Virus record (IMG/VR): IMGVR_UViG_3300030329_003387
DNA from: a virus
DNA length: 64,000 nt
Reading direction: 5' to 3' (one strand)
Position numbers and translations under genes: made by a program. Below the pieces are notes generated by a model, which had not been told where the DNA came from, ran no database searches, and worked only from the letters and a program-made list of their open reading frames with translations. Positions 14,101-20,882 of the stretch are shown here, in pieces. The stretch's first letter is position 1. Each line of letters opens with the position of its first letter.

Positions 14101-15176
14101 GACTGCGCAACATTGAGAGCTTTTTGCGCAACGCCAAATTGTTGGATAAGAGGTATAACTTTAGAGACTTGCCTAAAACCACCAAGCTGCTCAACTATTT
14201 GAGAATATCTAACATCTCTTGGGTCGAGATCTTTTAGGGCGATGTTTAATCTACGTACAGCTTCGTAAGGGCCTACAAAATTTCCAGCAAGGTCTTGAAG
14301 TTCTACACCGACCTGTCTTAGAAATTGTATAGTTTTTGGACGTTGGATTCTGGTAAAGATAGTTCTAAAGCCGGTAGCAATCGTTTCTGCCGTTTCACGA
14401 GTCGTAGAACGTACAGCAGTAAACATGGCCTCCAGTTCCATCAGTTGTCCACCCGCAGCCTTAAACGCGCCACCAGCACGCCTAATAGCTACACCAATGT
14501 CTCCAGCCTCAACAGCGAAGTTTGCGGCTAAAGCATTAATTCTTCCAAGCTCACGTTCTAAGTTTGATGCTTCTATATTAAACTGTCGCATTGCAGCGAT
14601 AGCAGTTTCTGTAGTAGAAGTAATATCATCAAAAGTAGCAGCGAGTGTGGTTTTAGCAAGTGCATCTAAAGATATTCTAACTTCCCTTGCTGTCATACCA
14701 GTTTGGGCTAACACCCTACTAGTCTTCACAAGAGAACTAGAAGATACACCTAAAGAAGTAGATAGTGATGTTATTTCACGCTCTAACCCCTTTAGTGAGT
14801 TCATGGTTTTGCCAGTAACTTGACTGACTTTTACCATTTCTCTTTCAAAAGCAATGGCAGAAGTTACACCATCACGAATAGTATTTACAAAGGCATTAAT
14901 GATCGAACGAGCTAAGTCATACTTCATTAAGTACGATAAAGCTCCTCTAAAGCTAGAACCCATTCTCTGGGCGCTTCTTCCAGCTGCTTTAGCATTGTTG
15001 CTAACGTTTTGTAAATTTTGACTAACTGTTTGAAGTTGGCTAGCCGTGCCTTTGGGCAAATTTACATTTACATTAGCGTTTACGCCTTTAAGCTGGTTGT
15101 TTATATTTCTAACTACATTTCTCATGTTTGGCGCTTGAATCGCCAGAGTTGAAGTTAGTACAAAACCTTTTGCCAT
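2112..15176 (-). CDS. Giant tail tape-measure protein (TP901-like N-terminal core plus multiple C-terminal modules)
   Basis: 4354 aa. N-terminal tape-measure core (AIAFEREMVKVSQVTG...LAQTG...ETIATGFRTIF...LGGFRQ), long helical/coiled-coil segments and five DTVPAMLTPGEFV repeats. Located downstream of tail tube and chaperone-like genes. Confidence 0.9.
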   Translation of the reverse strand: MAKGFVLTSTLAIQAPNMRNVVRNINNQLKGVNANVNVNLPKGTASQLQTVSQNLQNVSNNAKAAGRSAQRMGSSFRGALSYLMKYDLARSIINAFVNTIRDGVTSAIAFEREMVKVSQVTGKTMNSLKGLEREITSLSTSLGVSSSSLVKTSRVLAQTGMTAREVRISLDALAKTTLAATFDDITSTTETAIAAMRQFNIEASNLERELGRINALAANFAVEAGDIGVAIRRAGGAFKAAGGQLMELEAMFTAVRSTTRETAETIATGFRTIFTRIQRPKTIQFLRQVGVELQDLAGNFVGPYEAVRRLNIALKDLDPRDVRYSQIVEQLGGFRQVSKVIPLIQQFGVAQKALNVAQSGGTSLARDAAKAQQSVAVQVVKVKEEFQALFRTFMGSSGMQAMVKMALELAKALATVAETLGPMIPMLTALSAAKGVAFLAGGMGRGRNQGGRINRFASGGMVPGRGNRDTVPAMLTPGEFVIRKSSVKAIGTDRLRKMNRYASGGTVEQMARKKPSIKTLGFDEPFKRAKSVFDGLQGGDKVKGIVNRNKISRADVEKMYKGAQREQVLGTLALNNKASADMFEAVAAKKSRMKLIPGNAPMDLKGKGLKYGEVKFKGGRERTKSILNKALRQHLTDKTKKLKDVGPEGALTSKRDTIDLGSVDIWEAKSKKEFTTAKYDPTGTADKKQQRQIGKASIFSRPRKRRNAGGGLPRSSDTVPALLTPGEFVINRKSAQRIGYGNLNRANRFGETPRGFAKGGAVGGVRVQKFNEGGKADPSARALGLMFGLEMLLPMFAANIEEVDGEINMMKEGLNALTQTLMMATAAHMLFGEKLTEMAGKIGISGGQVLGITAIAGTFFAYHKAMENAAKKMQDFAMKSVEAGGYKTQSATEEARARVTQGAAQEAESTGAGWGALSGAATGGAIGAKVFGIPGLIAGGIIGGVVGGVSGGALADAEGAASEALINFNAKVRSLRLGDALSDVERKLKLFTEGKASGRAIAASVSDGIDRLDRSFAEITTVEELESFNGLVQKSIPGFADFINRMAANVDSFAELEQIVGTDTLNSFSELSGVSLERMKKEIQDGVEVRKRSKAAQEAQIKSIRQLNKVLYGARDAVSAFAAIEHRLTAFDNALTNAEQSINNTFGQAALGKIAPNFDDISNILDFSAFNRHVDNISATLGSSGVALGKDLKQFAALNSLLPNILTEAAGEIGIGGARASEIIEAKLMAADPGGIIGDEFRKMIVRRVQAAAEMGEGGEGKFAGRIREDIQGVVRDLTKGMSETQQAFQRAAEFIDKANARLAKAYDLRTKLELKIVQQQQNILQLQYENAERIRKLRKQPANEQAAGQSFATQQNFLLAGTAVAGFGTNIGVVSTEFIRLKEKIRKSNAELESFGLDPAAVTGQLTESQKKLLDENARLKEQFAKTKMVLENYSNVQQRLAVISERLAEEELKRSQLVSAGEKFAFATNEARVDIMKAMRATAMAMQGGLGRIPDQMRPQVLSILDQFSEIAMFNGMTGKQAKAELTIAELERVFGPLPDEMKKAIRGATSEQERLIQEQIKIQKQAEQAQMALLVGMKEDRKDLAKTIAGLHKQLTTELKNIFLRQEQRTLERELSEAKGNRVAAENGFKELQKIRSMGLPVEDPRVLNAIRVNIESIRGLREARQTRQRFAAAAQYQIAPNQFADTVEGRGAGAANQNAINNIAKDLRRNFGVDVGNKIAASLRSALSGEIASRQGQGQAPMTASEVQAFLQRTLTQFAQEQMNIQGDVINQAMSTLNSAGIGQFADTLVNNFDALSQSLANIPQGETWQSLSDDIVRLGVTINKTNNSIAANMAAIGAAAAGGAGPAGGAGGNVPVFATGGSVFAPKGTDTVPAMLTPGEFVVNKKAAKRNMAALQSINSGKTNYLAGGGVVMFNGVGPAAAIKQDQLLKYHTPFMQGAFGALKESVRNAIMGTKDQLGNQITTGIQDKKSYEGSYLSEDVDFTAFPPGFNSAWNSGTSYQIGKQAYRLTGAGLERWAPNPIFLRAIPDLAQNLQRPTANAFTKQIAGFDARKYGETYRKIIQANGMGVATPQNFLAEGSEVDFSDRGRLNSAGGDYVRLKQEIDEKYFGPEHVKVDRMRRFIKNVDNTYEIRPAWMQAVKHERFVGQNSGVRGQGGQYIELFPAYTGQVYSRSRIQDWFSSEKNKSTLLSAAYPSGTWKNLDVAGSLNTALAFSEKVKGPLQAFKDAHKLQQEAVAELYGTSARSYLSKKVGAIQEALKSGNNLNVIDDVVKEMHPDSWYRGFVSGGTNIWEQTTGTGYTSRLKQIAGGVKKHLIDTGFGANSFRGFEFNPANPSSWGSIPDVAAIQAGATERSKQIDRVREIFVNYHKFIKANNTSAGYGTALDALQTALFGGVAIQGMGAGDVEDAQEAVKDQQEKDALANKELKDDVNENFKFMKSPILTGSRLASHMNKVTNFMMKNRIKSAMPKYAGINRRWLQNYEFDENTAHMVFPFFKGLGHDLQVMIRGGFLNGMDASGLKINQERISEQLGLGWDAVHQSKGKIRDVSVKGVTGAVGPGANPKNQGIAAMQGLLGGGNTTGDPKKAMTFIGQRGLIGRLNGWANLPANEWGYGKVEEGQRKMMDLFFGGGTVARHLGLMQKQVKESFSMAWKGWSAEFKENARPFQVKPVTKADGGTIFAPKGTDTVPAMLTPGEFVVNRKAAQKNMGALQALNSGKTQYLAEGGLVDPKRLVGAYLAEAEEHAESHPDENNRTIKNWPPSRLNPPDKDHSKQWIQTYGRGEAPGDLKSYARDKRMLEFFAEQDLKKAARFIQPMTEAGSLYKLLDSLEASGDLEIGKDKDRFKDAPLVDSQGNVSHQLSEKDQKQVFANLNAIPYLAQFNHGAFLQAARDDGALATQYASYQPGQGFKRSPAGYQMIQDKAPFKSRLRGSFGQRIADLEKNIAEKNEEDLNILLDSFIAHRESYNQGVYRGKASKIENAFTFRSTKEGPGNTQIETFPVLPTDVMEDLYALDVKERARVDKENAKYTAIEQQKLGKAYYKLRTSYKESQVGKSATTEGIAVDPDNPLVRKQVEDFGKMGMFPSSTEDQKFAEAINASYEKLLAAAKAYEIPEKPVTYATLNEHFGGTFDPRDIDKDGIISPYESPPVNLQDKSVLDIIETQAGSWWRQMKSSEIDSNLMNLPTGMGNDKAEFDRQRKILQAAKPWREYFEKVVKVNPQMGTMGTAVAARGKVDTETQKRDYMKENIDRTGNIGGNILLGAWDLTGDALKSGMGMMGEFIDEKIEAHALNAVLDEAERMRKAGHSEDSINAFVARSTHLAKEGASVKDITREGIEQSKSVNVVEGAMMAVPNLIQTGMQAIPAIVSEDDRAGFMASLQGFGDALTSTFTGEEYEDKFVERAMQGGLTEQQAKDRQGILDLAEVAVPGMAGSKVGKVGAKVTKNVVSTTVKKAKSFANDIAEQAQKRATQARHSAEVNKLLGQSSMDILTGKKPGLGELTKPKPAPKGPVKPDAAVDDLLQGMEPGTFDPLNRGKFTPDAPEIPKRPEAITADMRNYVEARGQGPARKTYIDPETGKTYKSDFGAFDPQSSFYTDIIPGKGKTTFETKPGLGFAARTYDDIINDATLTTAQKQAMIKNLPPGQVPKGAKPNAFSAADEVRIQQGKNKLAELEAKKVKRPGGDPEVTIDWLQKAKEEMFNHPGSLNVGSLMDTVEEVAQKALGIADDIMNQAKEAVTVGRWKVPADTVPKKPVTAVKPKPAAATTPKPAAATTPKPAAAAAGKYGAGETFSLAAIDQVDDTIQVVTRRQAQVTKQADDAAKQSVGELTPAEQRAKLDAEIALSKTQDKFLRKSDKTKELEQKRKDFDKDQKEAKEAAEEAAEAAAKNAAEENAIAEDYLNKFKAGQKDFRDQIQTRGAENPEGALARRRNEAQAMEDLNPTVTKQDMLNRPRGKTQEKVSPVGKEVLPNKMLEDIKVAQTMERMDTGVEAKDAVMQPGKKPYTPANAVVGKTQKLTRGPKEPRPTLKQVQEQYAGRPISPGRQAAMNKRLAMEGEQLRGGAALDELKKQDAIPDSGPKAIHDWDNVYGSREALEAAKKEIAMKQSRVKKTLSNRGVPQKFLDEVLEGNEVLTRHYDHLMSQSRTASKNPSGKSRNQLKDELAEFYKKEAKNRGYAKGGFVSLFNTGGPAMGTDTVPAMLTPGEFVVRKAAVDAVGIETLKSINSMGAGHTNNRSKKSRGTNYLAGGGEGEVTGGTNMYRLDSSAFTDAVGSFDSSVKRLEELFKGGIQMSHKIEDMNVIVSVNHNGEPTDDGEMSRGMQRKIRREVSRGINSFIERQFPDMPRMDIEGTA
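3828..3893. repeat. 24-bp tandem repeat (~2.75 copies) encoding a PKPAAATT linker inside the tape-measure gene
   Basis: TGCGGCTGCTGGTTTTGGAGTGGT repeated with period 24. Confidence 0.9.
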
Positions 15177-15187
15177 TATTACCTCTC

Positions 15188-15235
15188 AAAAAAAATAGAC
15201 GTACCGATACACAGTTTTAGTGATCGACACGTCTA
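15188..15235 (-). terminator. Intrinsic terminator/attenuator immediately upstream of the tape-measure RBS
   Basis: Minus strand TAGACGTGTCGAT...ATCGGTACGTCTA followed by a T-run, then GAGGT RBS. Confidence 0.6.
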
Positions 15236-15246
15236 CTTTCCATATA

Positions 15247-16161
15247 CTATTCGGTACTGTCTTCTACTGTTTCTTTTTTAGGTCTTCCTCTCTTTTTGGG
15301 AGCGGTTTCCTTTTCGGCCACTTCTTCGGCCTCTTCTTCTTCTTCTTCTGGAACTGGTACTGGATCTCCAGAATCGTCTAAGAATGGAGAAAACTCAACG
15401 TCATACTCACCATCTTCAGTAAGCTTTGTTCCGTCGCCATCAACGTAGATAAATTCTCCGTCTTCTTGCCATTCAATAAGTCTTCCGGTTTCGTCAACAT
15501 AGTCACCGTTAGCATTGATCAGTTTTCCATCTGAATCAATCCTTCTCAACTCATCGTCAACAAAACCATAATTTTTCAAAAACTTGTTTTCGGGTAATGT
15601 AGTTTCATAGTTAGAATCCAACCCATATAACTTTTCGGCCAGCTGTTTAGCGGCTTCCAGAGCAAAAGGCTCTATTGCGTTGTCTTCGTAATCTTCAACA
15701 CTCTTAAAAACAGTTTCATTTTTTGTATTTACTGTGCAAGCATAAACAAGGTAATTAAATCTTGCATTATCAGCTTGACCTTCTGCTGTGTTACCATCCA
15801 TAGCAGTTCTTTCTGCTATCAACGATCTAAACTCAGCCCTAACAACGGCCATTTCTTCAGCAAGTTCCTTAGCTTCCGAAAGTTTAATACCGCCTTGTTT
15901 TAGATTTTTTTCATTATCATTGAGGGTTCTTAAAATTTCGTTGTAACGCGCTTCTTTTTTATCATCCCAAATTTCTTGGTCTCTAAGTACGTCATCAAGT
16001 TTTTGTCTAAGAATAGCTCCTGACTGAAGAGCATCTCTAAAAGCTCTATTGTAAGCCAGTTGTGCTTGCTTGTTAATTTTTGCATCTGGATCTATAAGGT
16101 ATAAAACTTTTGGGTCACCATTACGATCTTCAGATTCAATTTTCTTCCTGTTTTTGGCCAT
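15247..16161 (-). CDS. Probable tail assembly chaperone/hypothetical protein
   Basis: 304-aa acidic protein immediately upstream of the tape-measure gene; call rests on synteny only. Confidence 0.45.
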   Translation of the reverse strand: MAKNRKKIESEDRNGDPKVLYLIDPDAKINKQAQLAYNRAFRDALQSGAILRQKLDDVLRDQEIWDDKKEARYNEILRTLNDNEKNLKQGGIKLSEAKELAEEMAVVRAEFRSLIAERTAMDGNTAEGQADNARFNYLVYACTVNTKNETVFKSVEDYEDNAIEPFALEAAKQLAEKLYGLDSNYETTLPENKFLKNYGFVDDELRRIDSDGKLINANGDYVDETGRLIEWQEDGEFIYVDGDGTKLTEDGEYDVEFSPFLDDSGDPVPVPEEEEEEAEEVAEKETAPKKRGRPKKETVEDSTE

Positions 16162-16549
16162 CTTCTTCTCCTTGGTTAATTTCAGGTTCCGTCGTGACTG
16201 GCTTTACAGGTAATGTCATCCTGTATCTAAGCCAGCTTATGTCATAGTTTGTAAATTCAGCTTCCAAATTTCTTATCTGATTATTGCCTCGATCTAATAT
16301 CTCAGCTCTAACCTCGTCAAATTGCTCTTTCATGTGAGTCTGCTCAGGAGTTAATTCTCCATTGCCTTCATGACCCCACAAAAAGCCAAAATACTTTTCA
16401 ATAGTGCTTAAAGCACCAATCATAGTAGTTTGTATTTTCTTTTGAGAAATTTTTAAGAGTCTATCTTTTGATACCTCTTTATACTTCTCGTCTCTTGTTG
16501 ATTTGAATTTTTCTGATTTTCTAACCAGTTCATTATAATTTTCATCCAT
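16136..16549 (-). CDS. Hypothetical protein (tail assembly region)
   Basis: 137-aa ORF overlapping both neighbours. Confidence 0.6.
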   Translation of the reverse strand: MDENYNELVRKSEKFKSTRDEKYKEVSKDRLLKISQKKIQTTMIGALSTIEKYFGFLWGHEGNGELTPEQTHMKEQFDEVRAEILDRGNNQIRNLEAEFTNYDISWLRYRMTLPVKPVTTEPEINQGEEDGQKQEEN

Positions 16550-17577
16550 TACATCATCCCTGCTTCCATGATTTCGTCTTTCAAGTCTTTTTGTATATCA
16601 TTAAATTTATAATGATGTAGCTCGCCGCCTTCTGCTTCGCTTAGTTGTTTTACTCTACTCTTTTTAATATGTTGAGAGTAATCACTATTCAAATTATTTA
16701 TTCTCTTTGCGTCGTCATAATCTTTTGCGGCAACAAATATGTCTTTTGCGCTTTTGTGTTTGGAGTGTAGTTTTTCTAATAACTTTTCTTTTTGTGACTT
16801 AGATTGTTTTTCTCTCTGTAATAACAACCAGCCATCAATAGCATCGTCGTCTTCTACAATTTCATCTGGAGGGCATTCTGTAGACTGATATATGTTGTCG
16901 TACATCAAAGAGAAGCTCATTAAAGAAACTTGCTCTGTAGTCAAATCTGATGCCGCTCCTTCAAAAACTCCTGAACAACTTTTATTGCAATTCCAGAATG
17001 ATCTCCAAGGAGTAGTTCTAGCTAGCTCTCTGTACTGAGTTTCTGGTATTACTGCTTTTTTATATTGTGTTAGTAAACTTGTTGGGCTAATTTCTTCCCA
17101 ATCGTAATCGCTTCCGTCTGGAAGCTTTGTTGTATTTTCTATTAGCCATATTGATTTGGCAAAAGTCGCTATACCCTCACAAGTCAAAAAATCATACGAA
17201 TGTTTGTTTGAGAGTATTTGTGCAGACTCTTCTCTGAGTTCATTTAGTTCAAGCCTTTTTAATTCTCTTTCTCTAGGTTCAAAAAATAACTCAAATATTT
17301 GTTTTTTTAATATGTCTTGCTGTTTGTCTATTTCTTCAAGTCTTTCTTTTATTGTTTCATTCCAAAAGCCTTGATCTTCCAGCATTTCCAGAAGCTCTTC
17401 CTCAACCATGTTTTCTTCGGCATAAGCTTCTTCATAGGCTTCAGCAAAAACAAGCTGCGCCTCATAGTTTTGTTCTTTTGTTGGATGGTGAATATATAAG
17501 GTAATATCCTTACCTTTGTATATGTGATACCCACACCTTATCCTAGCGAGCAAAAGCTCTTTTTGGTATGATTGCAT
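16549..17577 (-). CDS. Hypothetical protein, possible tail assembly chaperone
   Basis: 342-aa ORF between tail tube and tape-measure genes. Confidence 0.55.
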   Translation of the reverse strand: MQSYQKELLLARIRCGYHIYKGKDITLYIHHPTKEQNYEAQLVFAEAYEEAYAEENMVEEELLEMLEDQGFWNETIKERLEEIDKQQDILKKQIFELFFEPRERELKRLELNELREESAQILSNKHSYDFLTCEGIATFAKSIWLIENTTKLPDGSDYDWEEISPTSLLTQYKKAVIPETQYRELARTTPWRSFWNCNKSCSGVFEGAASDLTTEQVSLMSFSLMYDNIYQSTECPPDEIVEDDDAIDGWLLLQREKQSKSQKEKLLEKLHSKHKSAKDIFVAAKDYDDAKRINNLNSDYSQHIKKSRVKQLSEAEGGELHHYKFNDIQKDLKDEIMEAGMM

Positions 17578-17667
17578 ACTAATCCTAAAAAAGTCAGTAC
17601 GTCTACTTGCCAGTCTACTATCCTACTATACGTAATATTGATGGCTATCGCAGCAATTCGTACTGAC

Positions 17668-17698
17668 AAAAAGGGTTGGGGACTTTCGTCCCCTTCCC
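17668..17698 (-). terminator. Intrinsic terminator after major tail gene
   Basis: Minus strand GGGGAC-GAAA-GTCCCC hairpin followed by AACCCTTTTT. Confidence 0.7.
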
Positions 17699-17721
17699 CA
17701 AATTGTCTTATTCAACTAAGA

Positions 17722-18639
17722 TTAGCTGGTTACCGTCAAGTCGTTAAAGTTACGATATGAGTAGGTAATTGTGGCATTTTCACCACCCGTCGAACCACCA
17801 CCCCAAGTCCAAGTAGTAAGCTTGTTCTTAGTTCCGAGGTTAAACGTGTGTCCACCAGCTGCAATGCTAATAGTTCTCTCTGCAACGTTATCCTGTTCTG
17901 GATAAGCATTAACATTAGCACTACCTGTTGCAAGAACTTCAACTTCGCAAGAAACTTCGACAGGATACGTAACGTATCTTGTATAAGGAAGTTTCTGACC
18001 AAGAATATTGATCTGTTCACGACCAAAGTCAACACTAACGGTAAGGTTAGTAATTTTAGCGGAAGCACCAATGTCATTAGCCAAGTTACTTTGAATAGTC
18101 GAGATGTTTGTAACATCCTGTCTACGTTTAACTGAGCCGGACTGTGGACTACTAGGTGCGCCATTAAGCTGACCGGAAGAACTCCAAGCAGCGTGATTTC
18201 CAACAAAGGTAATTGACTCTGTCAAGTTACCGTCAGTTGGGAACGAGAACGAAGCTGAAGAAACATACATACCAGAACAGTAAACACCAGCGTCTGGATT
18301 GCCGTCACCGACTTCGTCGTTAGTATCAGCGTAAACATTAAAGTAAACGCCACATCTGTTATTTTGGTTTGCAGAAATGGTTCCTTCACCGAACGAAGAG
18401 GTATACAGAAGGTCTTGACCGTCCATAACTCGTTCTACAGTAACCTCAACATCAGGCACTTCTTCAACGTCCTGATACAGAGACAACTGACCCAGCTGGA
18501 ACACTTGTTCTAAGTTAAATGTCGTTGTAATTCCAACGCTCTGTACGCCGGATACAAAATCAGCAGCGCCAACGGAATCCGCACCGCCGTCACTATTGAT
18601 TCCAAGGGCTTGAATTGCCCAATAGACTCTTGTTGCCAT
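17722..18639 (-). CDS. Major tail (tube) protein
   Basis: 305-aa beta-rich protein (GVQSVGITTTFNLEQVFQLGQ...PDVEVTVER). Has its own late promoter, GGAG RBS and terminator; position typical of tail tube genes. Confidence 0.7.
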   Translation of the reverse strand: MATRVYWAIQALGINSDGGADSVGAADFVSGVQSVGITTTFNLEQVFQLGQLSLYQDVEEVPDVEVTVERVMDGQDLLYTSSFGEGTISANQNNRCGVYFNVYADTNDEVGDGNPDAGVYCSGMYVSSASFSFPTDGNLTESITFVGNHAAWSSSGQLNGAPSSPQSGSVKRRQDVTNISTIQSNLANDIGASAKITNLTVSVDFGREQINILGQKLPYTRYVTYPVEVSCEVEVLATGSANVNAYPEQDNVAERTISIAAGGHTFNLGTKNKLTTWTWGGGSTGGENATITYSYRNFNDLTVTS

Positions 18640-18680
18640 GATTATGCTCTCCTAATTATAGGTTTATTTGCTACCAATGT

Positions 18681-18691
18681 ATTATACACCA
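18681..18691 (-). promoter_or_regulatory. Putative late promoter TGGTGTATAAT
   Basis: Identical 11-mer upstream of four structural genes (also 35510, 38767, 41087). Confidence 0.7.
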
Positions 18692-18706
18692 AATAAGGTG
18701 GTTTTC

Positions 18707-19720
18707 TTACTTAATTATCTCCGCAGTAAGCCTTACTACACCGTGGTATAAATTAGGACTTATCTCGCTACCATCTTGAATTCTAGCGTTTTTGAAACGC
18801 ATTTTTCCATCTGAATGTTCCCACCTGTAACCTTTTTTCTCTATAGAATCTCCAGTATGTCCAGTTGGTTTTATCATATCTTGATATGACATTCCACTCG
18901 GTCTTACTTGACCTCTATGATCTAAAGGAAACGCATCTTTTCTTCCTATTCTATCACTATCAAACATAAATATGGTTTTCTCCTCTTGTAGAGAAACCAT
19001 GTCAACAAGCTTATCTCTTGTATAAGAATCTTCAGCTAGTACATGAAACACAACATCTGTATCAATGTAATGCGTCAGTCCGCCTAAAGCATATGGTTCT
19101 AAGCTTCTTCTTGTAGTAGTATCCACAGCTATTGCTGGTAACTGGAGTCTATTATCCGCAAGTTGAGAATAGTCTCCAGATCCTGTGTGAGTAAAATCGC
19201 CGTCTGCTCTTTGCGATCTATACTGCACCTCCCTAAAAAACTCGCTATCAGCAGGTACAACTTTGACCCACTTATAACTAAACTCTGCTGTTACAGTAGA
19301 GCCAGTGCTTATTGCACTATCAAAAACAACACGCCCTCTAGGATAATCTATATGATGACCATATGTAGAATCACCAGAGGTATAAAAACTGCCATTAACA
19401 AACACTCCGGATATTCCCGGATTATGCCATTTGTTTGTAACTAGCGGTTGTGTTTCGCATTCAAGTCCACTTTGCCAGACCCAATTGGATCTAAAACCTT
19501 CCCATACTTGTCCTGATGTATATCTAGGGTCATCAACAAGGCGAAGTTTATGTTTGTCTCCGCCGTAGTGTCCCGATGTAGGGATATCAATATTAAAAAA
19601 TCCACCATTGTTTAAAATGGCAAAATCAAAATATTCTATGACATTATCTTTTAGTAGGGAAGTTACTGTACTATCACCTACGTTTGATACCTTATTTAAA
19701 TTTAAATAATCTTTAGCCAT
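18707..19720 (-). CDS. Probable tail terminator/completion protein
   Basis: 337 aa; LPAIAV motif; directly upstream of the tail tube gene. Confidence 0.5.
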   Translation of the reverse strand: MAKDYLNLNKVSNVGDSTVTSLLKDNVIEYFDFAILNNGGFFNIDIPTSGHYGGDKHKLRLVDDPRYTSGQVWEGFRSNWVWQSGLECETQPLVTNKWHNPGISGVFVNGSFYTSGDSTYGHHIDYPRGRVVFDSAISTGSTVTAEFSYKWVKVVPADSEFFREVQYRSQRADGDFTHTGSGDYSQLADNRLQLPAIAVDTTTRRSLEPYALGGLTHYIDTDVVFHVLAEDSYTRDKLVDMVSLQEEKTIFMFDSDRIGRKDAFPLDHRGQVRPSGMSYQDMIKPTGHTGDSIEKKGYRWEHSDGKMRFKNARIQDGSEISPNLYHGVVRLTAEIIK

Positions 19721-19721
19721 A

Positions 19722-20384
19722 TTATCCCCAGTGTTTTTTGGTTTGCACTTCTAAAACTTTAGCTATTGCATTCTCTGTAATTTTGTCTTCTAAAGCTCTA
19801 GTAATAAAGTTGTCTTCTGTAGTTCCGGAATACTTACTTGGAACACTCCATGTGGCACTTTGGTTTTTGACCATCTTGCCTTTTCCTGACCTACCCATAG
19901 GACCCTGCACAAAATCAAAACCTTTTACAATCATCGAATCGCCCATGTTAAGCAACCAGTGCAGCCAATTAAGTTCTACAACTTTTTTATATCTTTGAGA
20001 GTAATACTTAAACTTACTACCAGACATCCCCCATATCTCAGGCCAGCTTGAAGAAGGCATTACACCAAGTTCTAAACCACCTCTAAGAGTTGAACCGACA
20101 ACTTTTACTGTTTTAGGTGTAATAAATATATTTTCGGAAACTTCTTGAGCTATTCTTAGGGATATCGTGGAGGCTAGTGATGGTCTTAGCCCCAGCTCTC
20201 CTCTCAAGTCTCCGCTAGACAAGCTTCTTACTTCGTGCGAGTTTAGTATCGAAGACTCTACAGATCTTTTTATTGGGTTAAGTGCAGATCTAGAAACAGC
20301 AGTAAAAACCGAAGTTGCGTGTTTTGCGAGCGCATTTAATATTTGTTTTTCTAACAGTCTTTCAGACTTTAGCTGTACCGACAT
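19722..20384 (-). CDS. Probable neck/tail-completion protein
   Basis: Start taken at ATG 20384, which overlaps the upstream stop. C-terminal GT.EDNFITRAL motif; synteny. Confidence 0.45.
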   Translation of the reverse strand: MSVQLKSERLLEKQILNALAKHATSVFTAVSRSALNPIKRSVESSILNSHEVRSLSSGDLRGELGLRPSLASTISLRIAQEVSENIFITPKTVKVVGSTLRGGLELGVMPSSSWPEIWGMSGSKFKYYSQRYKKVVELNWLHWLLNMGDSMIVKGFDFVQGPMGRSGKGKMVKNQSATWSVPSKYSGTTEDNFITRALEDKITENAIAKVLEVQTKKHWG

Positions 20385-20875
20385 TAAACTCTTTCCCAAT
20401 AAAGAACAATATACTGCGTTGGATTTTGTTTAAACCCCTGAACAAACGGTTCTGATATTCTTTTGTATCTACCTTGATTGTATGCCCCGACATCAATCAG
20501 TAGCTCTTTAGCTTTTGTAAGGTCGTCATAATCAGACATTAGACCCACCGTTTGTATAACGTTGTTCGGGATATCTACATTAAATCCAACGTTAATAAAA
20601 TCTCTTCTATTGTGATAAACTCTTAGTTCTACGTTTTTTGTTTCCTCTACAGCTTTGTAGCCTTTACCGCCACACAAAGGGCATAGACTTCCTCTATTAA
20701 AAGAAACAGGACCTCCAGTTCTATAGGTATTTACAGACCTTCCTCCAATGGTATTCGTAATACAGTTTCCGCATCTATCTTTTTTTTCTGGATATACCAA
20801 AGTACAAGTTCTATTAAACAGAAGTATAGCTTCGTTTAGTTTTTCAAATACACTAGCAGGAATATTAAGAGCCAT
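20384..20875 (-). CDS. Probable head-closure protein with CxxC motifs
   Basis: 163 aa; CGNC...CPLCGGKG; located in the head-tail joining region. Confidence 0.45.
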   Translation of the reverse strand: MALNIPASVFEKLNEAILLFNRTCTLVYPEKKDRCGNCITNTIGGRSVNTYRTGGPVSFNRGSLCPLCGGKGYKAVEETKNVELRVYHNRRDFINVGFNVDIPNNVIQTVGLMSDYDDLTKAKELLIDVGAYNQGRYKRISEPFVQGFKQNPTQYIVLYWERV

Positions 20876-20882
20876 TATTCAC

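Noticed and set aside
15247-17577. Programmed frameshift in tail assembly chaperones
   Set aside because: Three separately initiated ORFs; no convincing slippery heptamer found at a junction.
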